DNA of 64,000 bases from Sphyrna mokarran (taxonomy: Eukaryota): NCBI GenBank assembly GCA_024679065.1, contig JAGIQG010000020.1, positions 13,144,001 through 13,208,000 of the forward strand, written 5' to 3'. The position numbers and the translations under genes were made by a program. Below the pieces are notes generated by a model, which was given only the letters and a program-made list of their open reading frames with translations, did no database searches and was not told the DNA's origin. Positions 1 through 12,799 of this stretch are shown here, one piece after another. How positions within the stretch are numbered: position 1 is the stretch's first letter; each line of letters opens with the position of its first letter.

Positions 1-1439
1 ATTATCATCTTGCCCCTGACTACCTCCTCTGCCTACACCCGGGGAGGCATCTTCTTGAGCACGTCCTGGAGCTGGCTGAGTGCTGTTGGAAGAGATCTGG
101 GAGTATGTCACATAGACACACCCCCTGCCCTTGTCTAGGATCGGTGCAATAATTTGGGAGGAGAAGGGGTAAAGACCCTGATGAAAAGAAGACCGCTTCA
201 AACTAGGAGGGCGAAAATTTGAAGAGAAATTGACTCTACAGAGAATGGTATTCTATAAGCTTCAGTAAACTTAGTAAATGTGTAAGTTGGGACTGGTAAC
301 CAATTGGTCTGGTTTCCTCCCATAATCCAGAAGTGTGTAGGTTAGGTGGATTAGCTATGGTGAATAGGCAGGGGGAGTAGACCTGGGTGGGATGCTGTTT
401 TGGAGAGTCGGTGTGAGTTTAATAGCGTCCTCCTGCACTCTAGAAATCCTAGGGATGGTATAGTAGCAATGCTATTGGAGTAATAATGCTGTGGGCACCT
501 GAAGACACCATAGTAAAAGTCAAATTCAATAAAAATCTGGAATTAAAAGCCTTGAGACCATTGCCAGTTGTTGCCATCTTATTACTTTAGGGAAGGAAAT
601 CTGCTGCTCTTACCTGATCTGCCTACATATAACTCCAGCCAATGTAGTTGACTCTTAAATGACTTAGATCTAAGCTATTCGCTTCAAGGGAAATTAGAGA
701 TGGACAATAAATGTTGGCCCATCCAGTAACCAAATGGAGAGGGGGAAAGAAAAATCTTACATTTGATTGGAGAGAATCCAAGAGGCAAATCAAGAAAGTG
801 GCGCCTTCTGACTTAATATGTTAACTTCCCCTTGTAGTGTTGAACTGTCCTGTTCATGTTGAGCAGCAGAAGAATTGTCCAAGTTTATGTCTGCCCTTCT
901 CGCCAGTCGTGTTGAGCTCCTTGGTCTGCTGAACCAGTCAAACCACTGTGTAGATGAGTAATGTTCAGATCTGATTGCCAGACTATGTTGTGTAAGATCA
1001 TCCCTTTGTTGGAGACAGAGAACAATTAGCCTTGGAACTGCTGAACTAGGGAGGAGAAACTAGGCCAGGCTACTGTTTGCTAACCAGAAGCATATGTCTC
1101 AAAGTTGGCAGTGAACATGCTCAGACTTGGCAGAGAAACATCCATAGTCCTATAATCTGCTGTCAAGGTTTTTGTGTGAAGAATGACCACTAGAGTGTAG
1201 TCTTGGAGGGAGAGGGATAGGATTATCAGGAAAACCCTGGTGACAGGAAACACAAATTGTGGTTAACTTTACATCTAACTCCTCCAACAATTCTGGTAAA
1301 ATAACTTGTACTGGAAAGATGTTTTGATCCGAGGAAGCAAAGTGAAGACTTGTCTGTTTGAGTTTTTACTGAAGATATTTTCTTCAGTGATTCAGTTTCA
1401 ATTACTGCCAGAGATATTAACCAAGGTAGGCTTTTTCCC

Positions 1440-1770
1440 TGTCCAGTAGTTAGATCATTCTATCTAGGACGAGAGGTCATAGTCTTGGGATAAGGGGTAG
1501 CACATTTAAAACAGAGTTGAGGAGAAACTACTTCTCCCAAAATGTTGTGAATTTATGGAGTTCGCTATCCCAGAAGTTCAGTGGATGCTGGGACACTGAG
1601 TAAATTTAAGGAGGGGTTAGACAGCTTTTTAATCGATAATGGATTGAAAGGCTGTGGGGAAAAGTCAGGAAAATGGGAATGAGGAGCATATCAGCCATGA
1701 TTGAATGGAGGAGCAGACTCAATGGGTCGAATGGCCTAATTCTGTTCCTACATCTTATCAATTTATGAAC
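1440..1770 (+). mobile_element. CR1 LINE 3' end fragment
   Basis: ctaggacgagaggtcatagtc...aggagaaactacttctccca...tcagccatgattgaatgg...gaatggcctaattctgttccta, typical CR1 3' end. Confidence 0.8.
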
Positions 1771-4471
1771 CAAGGGATTAAACAAAAACCCCTCAGTTTA
1801 TTAATTTTATCACTTGCCTCAAGAGGTCTTCACTGATTTTGGAATGCAACATTTCACAAGTGTTTGGCTGAAGGTTACAAACAGCCAGATATGTTTGTTA
1901 AAAAGCAGTTGGGCAAGTAAACAATAGCAATGACATATAGCAGATTTACAGCAGTTCCATTCTTAACTATCCTTCCTTGTCAGACACAAAAGGCACTTTA
2001 GCCTGGCACAGTGCCCCTGAATACTGGGTATTGTTCACTGCTGACCATCCAGGGAATCTCCTGGGCTTATTAATATCTTCCCAATGGCTTCAGACAGACT
2101 GCTCAGAAAAACTGAGCTGAAAAATTCAAAAGGGCAATCAAAATTTAAATGTGTATCTCTTTAAGCTTGGCTGTTGACCAGGTCTATATTCTTCTTGTAG
2201 TGAGGTGATCAGAACTGCGCACAATACTCCAAGTGGGGTCTGACTTCTGGATGAGTACATGGGATTTAATGGGATTGAGAGTTACAAATAGGCCTGGTAG
2301 GTATGGATATGATCGGTGCAAGTGTGGGCCGAAGGGCTTGATTGTGCTGTAGTGTTCTATATCCAAACAAAATCACAGGGCATTTGATTTACTCAAGAGT
2401 AAGATCTCTCAGAATCTTCTCTGCAGACCCCCCCCGAGGGCAGCGGGGTGGGGAGGGGGGGGGGGTGCGGGGTGATTGGTGTACAGCTAGCAGCAATGAT
2501 TCAGGTTGGTACCAACAATATGGGTAGAAAGAGGGGTGTGGTAGTGCAGTTGGAGTTTAGGGAGGTAGGTGAAGGAATTGGAAAGCAGGACTTCAAAAGC
2601 AATAATTGTCAGTTTTATTCCTTGTCCAAAACGCCGGTGAGTATAGAATCGGGAAGATAAAGCAGATCAATGTGTAGCTGGGAAGGTAGGCCGAAAGGAG
2701 GCTACTTCAGATTCTGGGAGCATTGGGATCCGTTCTGAGGTAGATGGGTCCTGTCGCGACTGGTTGCATGTAAACACAGCCATCACTAATTCCTTGTGGG
2801 GTGACTTTCTAGTGCTTTTGGAGAAATTTTAAGTTAGTTTAGCAGGAATGCGGGAACCAGCAGTTTAAGGTTTATATATTAATGTCACACATAGGCTTAC
2901 ATTAACACTGCAATGAAACCACTGTGAAAATCCCCGAGTTGCCACACTCCGGCGCCTGTTTGGGTACACTGAGGGGGAATTTAGCACGTCTTTCGGACTG
3001 TGAGTGGAAACCGGAGCACCGGAGATATTACATGGGTAATATCTGAGAGAGGGGATTCTCAAGTGCCAAGGATATTGGGAGAGAAGAGTAGAAATTGATT
3101 GGAGTCAGCTTTCAAGAGTAATTAATGAAGTTTAAATTAGGATAACACTGAATGTGCTGAGTGTGCTAAATAAGATTGAGTTGCAGATACAGATAGTCAT
3201 GTGGTAATATGATGTGACAATAACAGCGGCCTGATAAAAGAAGGCCAGGACTGTGGATTATATTCCTGGGTAAAGCACGTTCAGGAAAAGGAGGAGAGGT
3301 GGCAAAATCGGTGGAGGAAGACATTGCAGTGCTGGAGAAAGAGGATGTTCCAGAGGTGTCGAGGACAGAATATGGAAGAAAAATGGTGCAATCACATTGC
3401 TTAATGTAGCCTGTAGGCCAACAACCATTAAGAAAGATGTACAAACTTGCAAGTAAATTACAGTGAGGTGAGGAATTAACAAATAGGATGGAGTTGATTA
3501 AAGATCAAATATGGGATTTGCACCATTGGGGGAGGAATGGGGGATGGCCAATTATAAATAAGTAGTTCTGCACCTGACTTTCCCAAGGAAGGAAAAATGT
3601 GGGATTTAAGGATTTGAAGGATTTAAAATATTTATTAAAAACTTATTTGATTCACTAATGTCCTTTTGGGAAGCAAATCTGCTGTCCTTCCTCGGTTTGG
3701 CCTACGTATGACTCCAGATCCACAGCAATGTGTTTAACTCTGAACTCAAGCCATTCAGTTGAAGGGCAATTGGAGGTGGGCAATAAATGCTAGCCCAGCC
3801 AGCAAAGCCCACATCCCACGAATGAATACAAAAACAATTGATAAGGAGAGGCTGTTCTTAAAAGTTGATGAGGACAGTTGAGATGCATCTGAGCGAAGTG
3901 AGTGGAAATTGCAGAGGCGTCTGGTCATAACTTTCTAATTTTCCTTAGACATGGGAAGCGGGGGTGATGCTGTGGGCATCAGAGGGTCAAGAGTGTCCAG
4001 CAGAGGGTGGTGAGTGTCTGGAACAAGCTGTCAGAGGGAGCAGCACAGGCAGGTACAATTTTGTCTTTTAGAAGCATTTAGACAGTTACATAGATAAGAT
4101 TGATATAGTGCAATATGGGCTAGGTTAGCAGTGAAAACTGGATAAGTTAGGCCAAAGGGCCTGCTTCAGTGCTGTAAACCTCTATGACTCTATATTGTTT
4201 ATTTAAATTGAACAGCTTGGACACCTTTAGATAGCAATTGTAGATAATCTGTTCTGGGATATCATGTAACAAACAAACTGCATCATTTTCTTCCAGTGGC
4301 CGTGAAACTTGAATGTCCTGTTATAAATAAACAAGATAATAACTTAACAGATCATGAAAATAGAATGGTAAAATTTTGAAAACAGACAGATCGATGTAAT
4401 GTCAAGTGAATGTTTGCCCACCCAGTGCATTTTCATACTCTAGTCTTTAAAACTTTGGCTGTATTTCCCAG

Positions 4472-4632
4472 GTGTCACTGAGGTGTACCGTGTGGCAAAG
4501 AGAGTGGAAGGTGGAATGAAAACTCTAAACATTAGCAACGAAACACTTCAGCATAGTCTGAGGGACATTGAGATAATCTGGAACAATCTGCAGGCTTTTA
4601 TCTCTCTTAGCCCCTCTGTGTTACGGATGCTG
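4472..4632 (+). CDS. Synergin gamma-like gene, internal coding exon
   Basis: Acceptor tatttcccag, donor ctg|gtaagt. Translates (x)VTEVYRVAKRVEGGMKTLNISNETLQHSLRDIEIIWNNLQAFISLSPSVLRML, matching the SYNRG C-terminal region as I recall it (GVVEVYRVTKRVELGIK...LKDIDKVWNNLIGFMSL). Upstream exons are probably outside the window. Confidence 0.9.
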
Positions 4633-5364
4633 GTAAGTTAATGTAAGAAATCCCTGTTGGTGGCTGTTCTATAAGTGTGTTTAAATGATACTGCTTTGTT
4701 ATTTTAATAAAAGCATTTATTGCACTGTTCTATCAATTTATTTGAAGCACTACATTTTGAAGATATTGATAGGAAGGTGGTCTCATTTGAAAACATTTTT
4801 TAAGCATTGATATAATGGAGTGTGCGTGTGGCCAGATATTTAATTGTGAATCCTCTATGTTTAAAATGAATAAAGGTGAAGATGTCCAGTGATTAAAAGA
4901 GGAGTGGATCAAGCTGTAACTGTAAAGTAGACATTGTAAGAATAAAATTTCTAAAATACAAATAACTGCAAGAAGAAACAGAAGGCTTCTTGCTGATTGT
5001 GCATCTTTTCATGGATGAATATTCTGTTGCTGATTCTGGACCCTGATTATTTATGGATATTTTTCAGAACGTGCCCAGTTTCATTTTCCAAAATCATTAT
5101 TTACCTCCGTGAGTTGGTGTCTGCACAAACTCCTGTTTCTTGCCCTCAGTGAAGAAGCAGAGATAGAATTACTGACTCTACGCCACTTACATGGGACAAA
5201 TCAAACTGGTCTTATATTTGAGTACAAGTTACCCACTGCACAAATAATTTGAAGGGTTAAAATCCTTGTTATAGCACAATGCTTCTTCCAGCAGCAATAC
5301 ATTAATATAAATTAAAAAATGGCAGAATCACTAATGGAACAATGAGATAGGCAGCATGGGGTGG

Positions 5365-5645
5365 CGCGATGGCATAGTGGTTAGCACTGCTGTCTCGCAG
5401 CGCCAGGGACCTGGTTTCAATTCCCAGCTTGGGTGAGTGTGTGGAGTCTGCATGTTCCTCCCATGTCTGCAGATGCTCCAGTTTCCTCCCAGTGTCTGAA
5501 ACACATGCTGATTAGGGGCATTGGCCATGCTAAATTTTCCCTCAGTGTACCCGAACAGGTGCTGGAGTGTGGCTACTAGGGGATTTTCACAGTAACTTCA
5601 TTGCAGTGTTAATGTAAGCCTACTTGTGACTAATAAATTAACTTT
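5365..5645 (+). mobile_element. HE1/V-SINE-like SINE, subfamily with gcctacttgtgac-aataaa tail
   Basis: tRNA-like head tggcatagtggttagcactgctg...ggtttcaattccc and V-domain-like core. Related copies near 2865-3025(-), 6235-6620(-), 9562-9810, 36395-36580(-), 45990-46270, 51700-51990 and 54728-55020. Confidence 0.85.
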
Positions 5646-6784
5646 TATTTTAGGTACTCCAGAGACTGTGGCCGTGACAATGAACTGGCTGGGCCTGCAA
5701 TATTTATTTTCTCCTCTTGCCTCCTGTCTCCTTTTATTAGGATATTTTTGATGGATACTTGGTCTTGTGAACATTGACGGCCAATTTAGATAGTTGGATG
5801 GACAGGGTGGGTGTGGGAGGGAACATTCAGCCAAACCCAATGGCTACTTACACATGCACTTTCAGGAGGAGTCACTAGATGGTGATCAAGAGTGGGAATG
5901 GTGCTTGGCATTGGTTCAATTGTTATTAATATGGAAATGTTGTGTTCCTTGATGATTCATCTGGTTAAAGACAGTAAGTCTCGTTGAATCATATAGATCT
6001 GAGATCTCCAGTTTTGATCTCCAGTGTGTGCCTCAGTACAAGGACAAGTAGCAATAAGCTTCAGCGGGGAGGGAGAAGTCAGCTATTACAATAATACTCT
6101 CTACGTGCCATCCAGGTTAAGGGTCTGAGGTGGGCTTCCAGCTCTGATTTTTCATATTTTTGCCCTTTATACATCTTCCTCTGCCTTCAGAATAGGTTTG
6201 TGGCCAGAGGGTGTTGATTCTAATTTTTAGTTTTTAAAGTTTATTTATTAACGTCACAAGTAGGCTTACATTAACACTGCAATGAAGTTATTGTGAAAAT
6301 CCCCTAGTCGCCACATTCCGGTGCCTGTTCAGGCACACTGAGGGAGAATTTTAATCATGATGTGCAGATGCTGGTGTTGGACTGGGGTGGGCACAGTAAG
6401 AAGTCTCACAACATCAGGTTAAAGTCCAATAGGTTTATTTGGAATCATGAGCTTTCGGAGTGCTGCTTTGGGCTGTGAGAGAAAACCAGAGCACCCAGAG
6501 GAAACCCAGACAGATATGGGGAGAATGTGCAGACTCCACACAGACAGTGACCAAAGCTGGGAATCAAACCTGGATCCCTGGCATTGTGAGGCAGCAGGGC
6601 TAATCACCATGCCCACTGTGGTAGGCAAGTCCAGAACATTATAGCTGCAGGTGGCTTCATTTTCATCATGGGTACTGTTGAAGTGAAATGGTCACGCTGC
6701 ATTTCAGAAATTCACAAAAAGGGGCAAGTCACAGCAAACAGATTTTTATCATGTTTATTGTGAGAAATGGAAACTGAGTTAACT

Positions 6785-7070
6785 CCAGCCACCCCAGCCA
6801 TTCTCTCTTCTTCTGTCAGGAAAAAGATACAAAAGTCTGAGGTCATGTACCAACCGACTCAAGAACAGCTTCTTCCCTGTTGTTGTCAGACTTTTGTATG
6901 GACCTACCTTGCATTAAGTTGATCTGTCTCTGCACCCTAGCTATGACTGTAACACTACATTCTGCACTCTCTCCTTTCCTTCTCTATGTATGGTATACTT
7001 TGTGTAGCGCGCAAGAAACAATATTTTTCACTGTATGTTAATACATGTGACAGTAATAAATCAAATCAAA
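6785..7070 (+). mobile_element. Rex1-type LINE 3' end
   Basis: Closely similar to 40085-40370, with tail aataaatcaaatcaaa. Confidence 0.8.
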
Positions 7071-7585
7071 GAGTAATGGAATAAACTGGCTGTTATCGGT
7101 TACAAGAAGTAATGTATCAATGTAGAGAAATGTCAATACTATGAATAGACAGATGATAAAATGTCCATATCCTATAGCAACCTTGGCACAAACTCTTGCC
7201 ACAACTCTGACCTTCCTAAAATTAACTTTGCAATATTTTTGGTTACTTTAATTCCTGAGGACATAATGTTTAGATGACACATTGGCCTCCCTTCCCTCTT
7301 TAATCCACAAGCCTTTAAAATGCAAGGTTGGGGTACGACAGCTTTTTATCCCATCTCCACTCTTAAAACCCAGACAGAGTTAGGGGGCCTGCTTTCCCTT
7401 TTCCTGTCAGGCTGAACTAGCACGAGAGGACTCTGGAAGAAGGAGCGGAATATATCCCGAGGGTCACGTCCTACAGGATGAATAAACAAATTGCTATCTT
7501 CTGTGTGGAACGCAGGCCTTTGTCTGACAAGTAGTGCACAATGAGGGTTAAAAATGAGCAACACCACTGCAAGGCTAAACGTAAA

Positions 7586-7790
7586 GGCAAAATTCTGCGG
7601 GTGCCAGAAATCTAAAGTAAAAACAGAAAATTGTGGAAAATCTCAGCAGGTCTGGCAGCATCTACGGAGAGAGAAACAGAGTCAATATTTCAAGTCCATG
7701 CGATGAGTCACGTGGACTCGAAACGTTAACACTATTTCTCTCTCCGCAGATGCTGCCACTTCTGAGTCTTTCCAACATTTTCTGTTTTTT
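7586..7790. mobile_element. Second palindromic Penelope-like family; other pieces near 8147-8352, 42525-42610, 51625-51690, 53870-53962 and 57300-57365
   Basis: Inverted arms aaaacagaaaattgtggaaaatctcagcaggtctggcagcatct / agatgctgccacttctgagtctttccaacattttctgtttt. Centre reads gagtc-acgtg-gactc-gaaacgtt. Confidence 0.6.
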
Positions 7791-8557
7791 TATTATTATA
7801 GGTCAAAAGTTGTTTTGGGGAGGTTTACACTATGCGAAAGTCGACTGTCACTGGAGTATTGGTTATTCTTATCTTTGTGGTTCACGGGGTATGGGTGTTG
7901 AGTTGTCCATCCCTAAGTGCCCTTGAGGAAGTAGTCAGTGGTCAACTATATTGCAGTGGGCCTGGAGTCACATGTAGGCCAGACCAGGTAAGAATGGCAG
8001 ATTTCCTTCTTCAAAGGACATTAGTGAACCAGGTGGGTTCTCCTGTCTGTAGTCTGGCTCCAGTGTATGCTATCAGTGTTTTGCAGCACATGGGGTGAAC
8101 AAATATTTTTACAAGAAATCCTGCACAAGTCCCACACTAGATAAGAAGCAAAGTACTGTGGATGCTGGAATCTGAAACCAAAAGAGAAAATGCTGGAAAA
8201 TTTAGCAGCTCTGGCAGCACCCGTAAGGAGAGAAAAGAGCTGACACAGCTTGTCAAAGCTAAAAGAGTCATGGGGACATGAAACATCAGTTATTTTCTCT
8301 CCTTACAGATGCTGCCAGACCTGCTGAGATTTTCCAGCATTTTCTCTTTTGGCTCCATAAGTCCCACTTCTTGATCCTGTTGAGCATGTGCAGAACATCT
8401 TTTGACAGTCCAAAGCTACCTGAGAAAGAGAAGCTATTCCAACTCCAGCACTAACTTAACGGCAATATCTGGGTGGCACAGATAAGTTGCGCCGAAGGGC
8501 CTGTTTCCATGCTTTAAACCTCTACGATGTGGAGACAGTGTTGGACTGGAGTGGGCA

Positions 8558-8756
8558 CAGTAAGAAATCTCACAACACCAGGTTAAAGTCCAATGGATTT
8601 ACTTGGTTTCACAAGCTTTTGGAGTGCTGCTCCTTCACCAGGCGAGTGATGAACACACTGATAAATACTCACCTGATAAAGGAGCGGCACTCTGAAAGCT
8701 TGTGATACTAAATAAAGCTATTGGACTTTAACTTGCTGTTGTAAGACTTCTGACTG
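8558..8756. mobile_element. Palindromic Penelope-like terminal repeat with degenerate hammerhead motif
   Basis: Inverted arms agtaagaaatctcacaacaccaggttaaagtccaa / ttggactttaacttgctgttgtaagacttctgact. Contains tcac-ctgataa-aggagcggcactct-gaaagctt-gtga. Confidence 0.7.
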
Positions 8757-9370
8757 TATATCTCTATGACATGGTGAAAGTTACTGCTAGTATTGTACAG
8801 CAAGTGGCAGTCTGGTCAAAGGGTTATGTTTCATACCCAGATTCTGCTTGCAAATCTGGCATTATTAAAAAGGAGTGCAAGTATTTGACCAATCTGAACA
8901 TGGAAGTGTTTTAGGAGAAAGGAAGTAGAGGTTGTGTTAATAGGGTTAATCAGGATTCTGACTGTCAAAGCATTCACAACTGTGGCATGTAAATCTGCCT
9001 CTCTACTCCTCTGGCTCTGCAGAATATTTAGTTGAAACTGATCATTTCAGATGTGAAGCTTCATCACTACTAGTCCCATCAGCCCAGCACTTAGTGCATT
9101 TGAACAATTAATCACATTTTGAACAATTTGTGCAGTCTGCCATCTGAAGGTATCTTATAGAATGCTATCTGCAAAAGGTTTTTAAAAAATTAACAAGGAC
9201 ATTTTTATAGAAAATGTGTTTGATGACTGATACATTGGTTAAGTTTATTTCCACATTTTGGCATGTGATTTACGTCCTCCACTCCAGTATAATATATCAG
9301 CCAATATTCTTTTTGTTGAAATGTGTAAGTTTTCTGGTTAACGGAAGATTTTTATTTTCTGTATCTATAG

Positions 9371-9472
9371 CCTGCTGAATCCACCCTTGACTGTTCAGCT
9401 GCGACTGCTTCAGGAAGTACTCAGAATGAAACCTGTGGAGTGTGTCTGCTCAAAACAATGAATGAACCAAAT
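9371..9472 (+). CDS. Synergin gamma-like gene, penultimate recognisable coding exon
   Basis: Acceptor tttctgtatctatag, phase 0 consistent with the previous exon. Translates PAESTLDCSAATASGSTQNETCGVCLLKTMNEPN, similar to SYNRG PDENSLDFSSC...ACGVCLLN. The 3' end assumes the GC donor AAT|gcaagt. Confidence 0.8.
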
Positions 9473-11284
9473 GCAAGTATAAATGATTCTGGTTTTCTTT
9501 TTCCACGTATTTTAAGAACGTAAGAAATAGGAGCAGGAGGAGAATATTTAGACCATGGACATGGTATGGCATGATGGTTAGCACTGCTGCCTCACAAACC
9601 TCCCCTGGTTTGATTCCTGGCTTGGGCCACAGTCTGTGTAGAGTTTGCATGTTCTCCCTGTGTCTGCATGGGTTTCCTCCGAGTGCTGTGGTTTCCTCCA
9701 ACAAGCTGGTTAGTTGCATTGACCCGAACAGGCACCAGACCTTGGTGACTAGAGGAATTTCACAGTAATTTCATTGCAGTGTTAATGTAAGCCTTCCTTG
9801 TGGCTAATTTGACTTTTTTGAATGGTCAGAGTTAATCTTCAACTTAACCTCAATTTTCCTGGCCTGCTCCCCACCCCTCCAAAAATAATCCTTGATTTCC
9901 CTTATCCCAAGAAATCAAAATCTATCAATTTGGGGTCTGGAATACATTCAGGGATTGAGAATTACAATCCTGTGAGATAGATCATTGCAAATGTTCACAA
10001 GCATGTGGGTGAAGAAATTTCTTCTTCTTCTCTCCCCAATCTTAGATTATTCAACTCTACTTGTGAGACTAATAAATAAAGATACAAAATATGTGTTTAA
10101 TATTGTTCCAATCTCTTTGTGCCCCATGATAATTTTTGCAGTCTCTGCCTCTAAGGGACTGATGTTTATTTTGGCTACTCTCCTTTTTTATACACCGGTA
10201 AAAAGGCTTACAGTTTGTGTTTTTATATTCATGACTGATTTATCCTCATTCTATTGCTTTCTTTATTAGCTCTTTCATTGCCTTTTTCTGATTTCTAAAA
10301 CTCTCTCAATCCTCACGCATACCACAGTTCTTTGCAACATTAGAAACCTTTTGTTTTAATCCAATTTCACGCTTGTACAAATCTTAAGACACAGATGTAT
10401 CTTTCTTGTTCAGTTTTTGTTTTTTAATGGAATATACTAAAGATTTTGAATTGTTTCTTTAAATGTTTCTCATATATATTTATTGCCAGCTCTCTCCTCA
10501 CCAGGTTTTATGTTTTAAGGTTCTTGTTTGGAACTGGAGTATGTCACTTTCTAACTTAATACGAATATAATTATGTCCTGATCATTATTTCCCAGCAGAG
10601 TTCTTTTTAACAATGAGATTACTAATGAACCCTCCCTCATTGTGTAATACTGGCTTTGCAAAAGCTTTATCCTTAGTTGGTTCATTGACATATAGTTCCA
10701 GATAACTGTTGCAAAAGTATTCTATTAATTTATTTTCTATATTGCCTTCGCTGTTTTTATTTGTCTATGTGAAGATTAAAGTCCCCCATTATTACTTTGC
10801 CTTTATTACAAGTTCCAATTATTTCTCATCTTAATACCATGTCCAGCAATATAACCATAGTTAGGGGGCCTATATACTACTCACATCAACTTTTTTTGAT
10901 CCTTGTTATTACTATACTCCACTCTACAGAAATTCTGCTTCCTAATCTTCTGAGCCAAGATCCTTTCTCACTGATATCCTTATATCATCCTTTATTTTCA
11001 GAGCTACTCCCTCTTTTCCATTCTGTCTGCCTCATTCTTGTTTGGAAGTGATGTGTACCCTGGAATATTTATTTCCCAATCTTTTCTTGAAAGTCAGATC
11101 AAGGATTGACAGTTTTAGTAGAAACTGATCATAGCTCGACTCTGTATGACAGTACATGTTTTGAGACCAAATGGATTTGGCAATTGGCTTTGCCAAAACG
11201 TACGTGCCTCGAATCAAACTGATATGCAAACTCTCCTAGATGTGCCCTGGATGGATTTTAAAGTTTTGGAACATTGGTAACGCA

Positions 11285-11909
11285 CTGGGGTGAATTTTCC
11301 CATGGGAATCAAAGCAGATGGGGGAAGGACCCAGAAAGGTCCATTGACCTTAGGTGGGACTTCCCAGTTTTGGGACGAGCATGGTCAGGAAATCCCATCT
11401 GTTGTATCTTATTTGGCAGAAAGAAATGTGGGTCTCTCACATCATAGGTGGGATTTTCTGGCTGTGCTTGTCCCAAGGTCAGGAAATCCTGCCTGAAACC
11501 AACGAACCATTTTTTAAATTCATTTGTGAGACATGGGCATTCACTGGTTAGCCAGTATTTATTGCCCATCTCTGGTTGTCCTTGGAGGGCAGATGAGAGT
11601 CAACCACATTGCTCTGGCTCTGAGTCATGTGTAGGCCAGACCAGGATGGTAGATTTCTTTCTCTAAAGGATGTTAGTGAACCAAATGGGTTCAATGGTTT
11701 CATGGTCATCAGTAGATTCTTTGTTCCAGATATTTTTTATTAAATTTAGGTTCCACCATCTGCCACGGTAGAATTCGAACCTGCGTCCTGAGAACATTAG
11801 CTGAGTTTCTGAATTAATAGTCTAGTGATAGTACCATCATCTCCCCTCATGGATCATGTCTCGCCTGCTCTGATTCCTAATGTGGGCGGGACAGGAAAAT
11901 TGTACCCAG
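11285..11909. mobile_element. MITE-like DNA element with imperfect terminal inverted repeats and a SINE nested inside
   Basis: Ends ctggggtgaattttcc and ggaaaattgtacccag. Similar short elements near 13590-13718, 36811-36936, 37710-37845, 39195-39420 and 48718-48838. Confidence 0.5.
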
Positions 11910-12012
11910 TGGATCAATAAGTTTGCAAATTATTATCCTGGATCTTTTTAAAAGTATGTATGCTGCCTTTCACCTAACAAAAACATTTTGCTCTCTCATT
12001 CTGTTCCTACAG

Positions 12013-12228
12013 GACTTCAATGACGTGGAAAATTCAGTCCTTCACAATGGATGTCGCTATCACGCGAGCTGTGCAAACTTTTGGCTAAACTGTGTGGACT
12101 CAAATTTACCAGGGCTCCTTGCACCCCAGGACAATTCTGAGGCCTTGAATCTGGAAGCTGTCATGGTTCTTGGACCAAACTGCTTGGAGACCAGTTCTAA
12201 AGAGCTTATTGTTTCTATAGCTCATTGA
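12013..12228 (+). CDS. Synergin gamma-like gene, terminal coding exon
   Basis: Acceptor ctgttcctacag. Translates DFNDVENSVLHNGCRYHASCANFWLNCVDSNLPGLL...SIAH*, containing the SYNRG motif YHASCANFW(I/L)NCV....PGL. In frame with ORF 11923..12228. Confidence 0.9.
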   Translation, partial: DFNDVENSVLHNGCRYHASCANFWLNCVDSNLPGLLAPQDNSEALNLEAVMVLGPNCLETSSKELIVSIAH

Positions 12229-12799
12229 CTGTTTTAATTCTCCGAATCGAGGAGCTCTCTTTTTCAGAGCAGGCAGTTTTGTTGGAGGCATCCTTTTCCG
12301 AATGGCTTTTAAGTATTGGCTGTTTACAAATAATGCTTCAGAGGCATTTCTTAGCTGGAAAATGTTAACTGTTCTAAGACAAAACAAATGGAATCTATTG
12401 ATAGCACCAACACTGACCCGGAGAAAACACGACAAATCACCATGAAAAATATGTTAGAAAAATTATACTGATTATCTTCCTTTCTAAGCAAAGTATTGTA
12501 GTAAAAGTGGCTCTAGGTCTGAATTTGAATTTGGATATGAATCCAATTTGACAGCATTAAGCCCGACTCCCACTTTTTTAAAATGCGATTCCCCTCTCCG
12601 CTTTAATCCTTGCAACAATCTTGCATATATAATTGTGCTTCCTCACTAGAGGAAGTGCGGGTGTTGTGGCACAGCAGTTGGAGTATTTCATATACATTCT
12701 GTACCGAAAATATCAGCTGGGAAAAGGCAGATAGATATATAGGTGGACTATTTGCAGTTTGATACCTCCTCAACTCCAAGCTGTTTTATAATCCTACAT

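Noticed and set aside
1388-1425. Possible small exon (ttcttcag ... ccaag|gtagg) upstream of the SYNRG-like exon
   Set aside because: The phase could fit, but the peptide DSVSITARDINQG does not resemble the SYNRG segment expected before GVVEVY.
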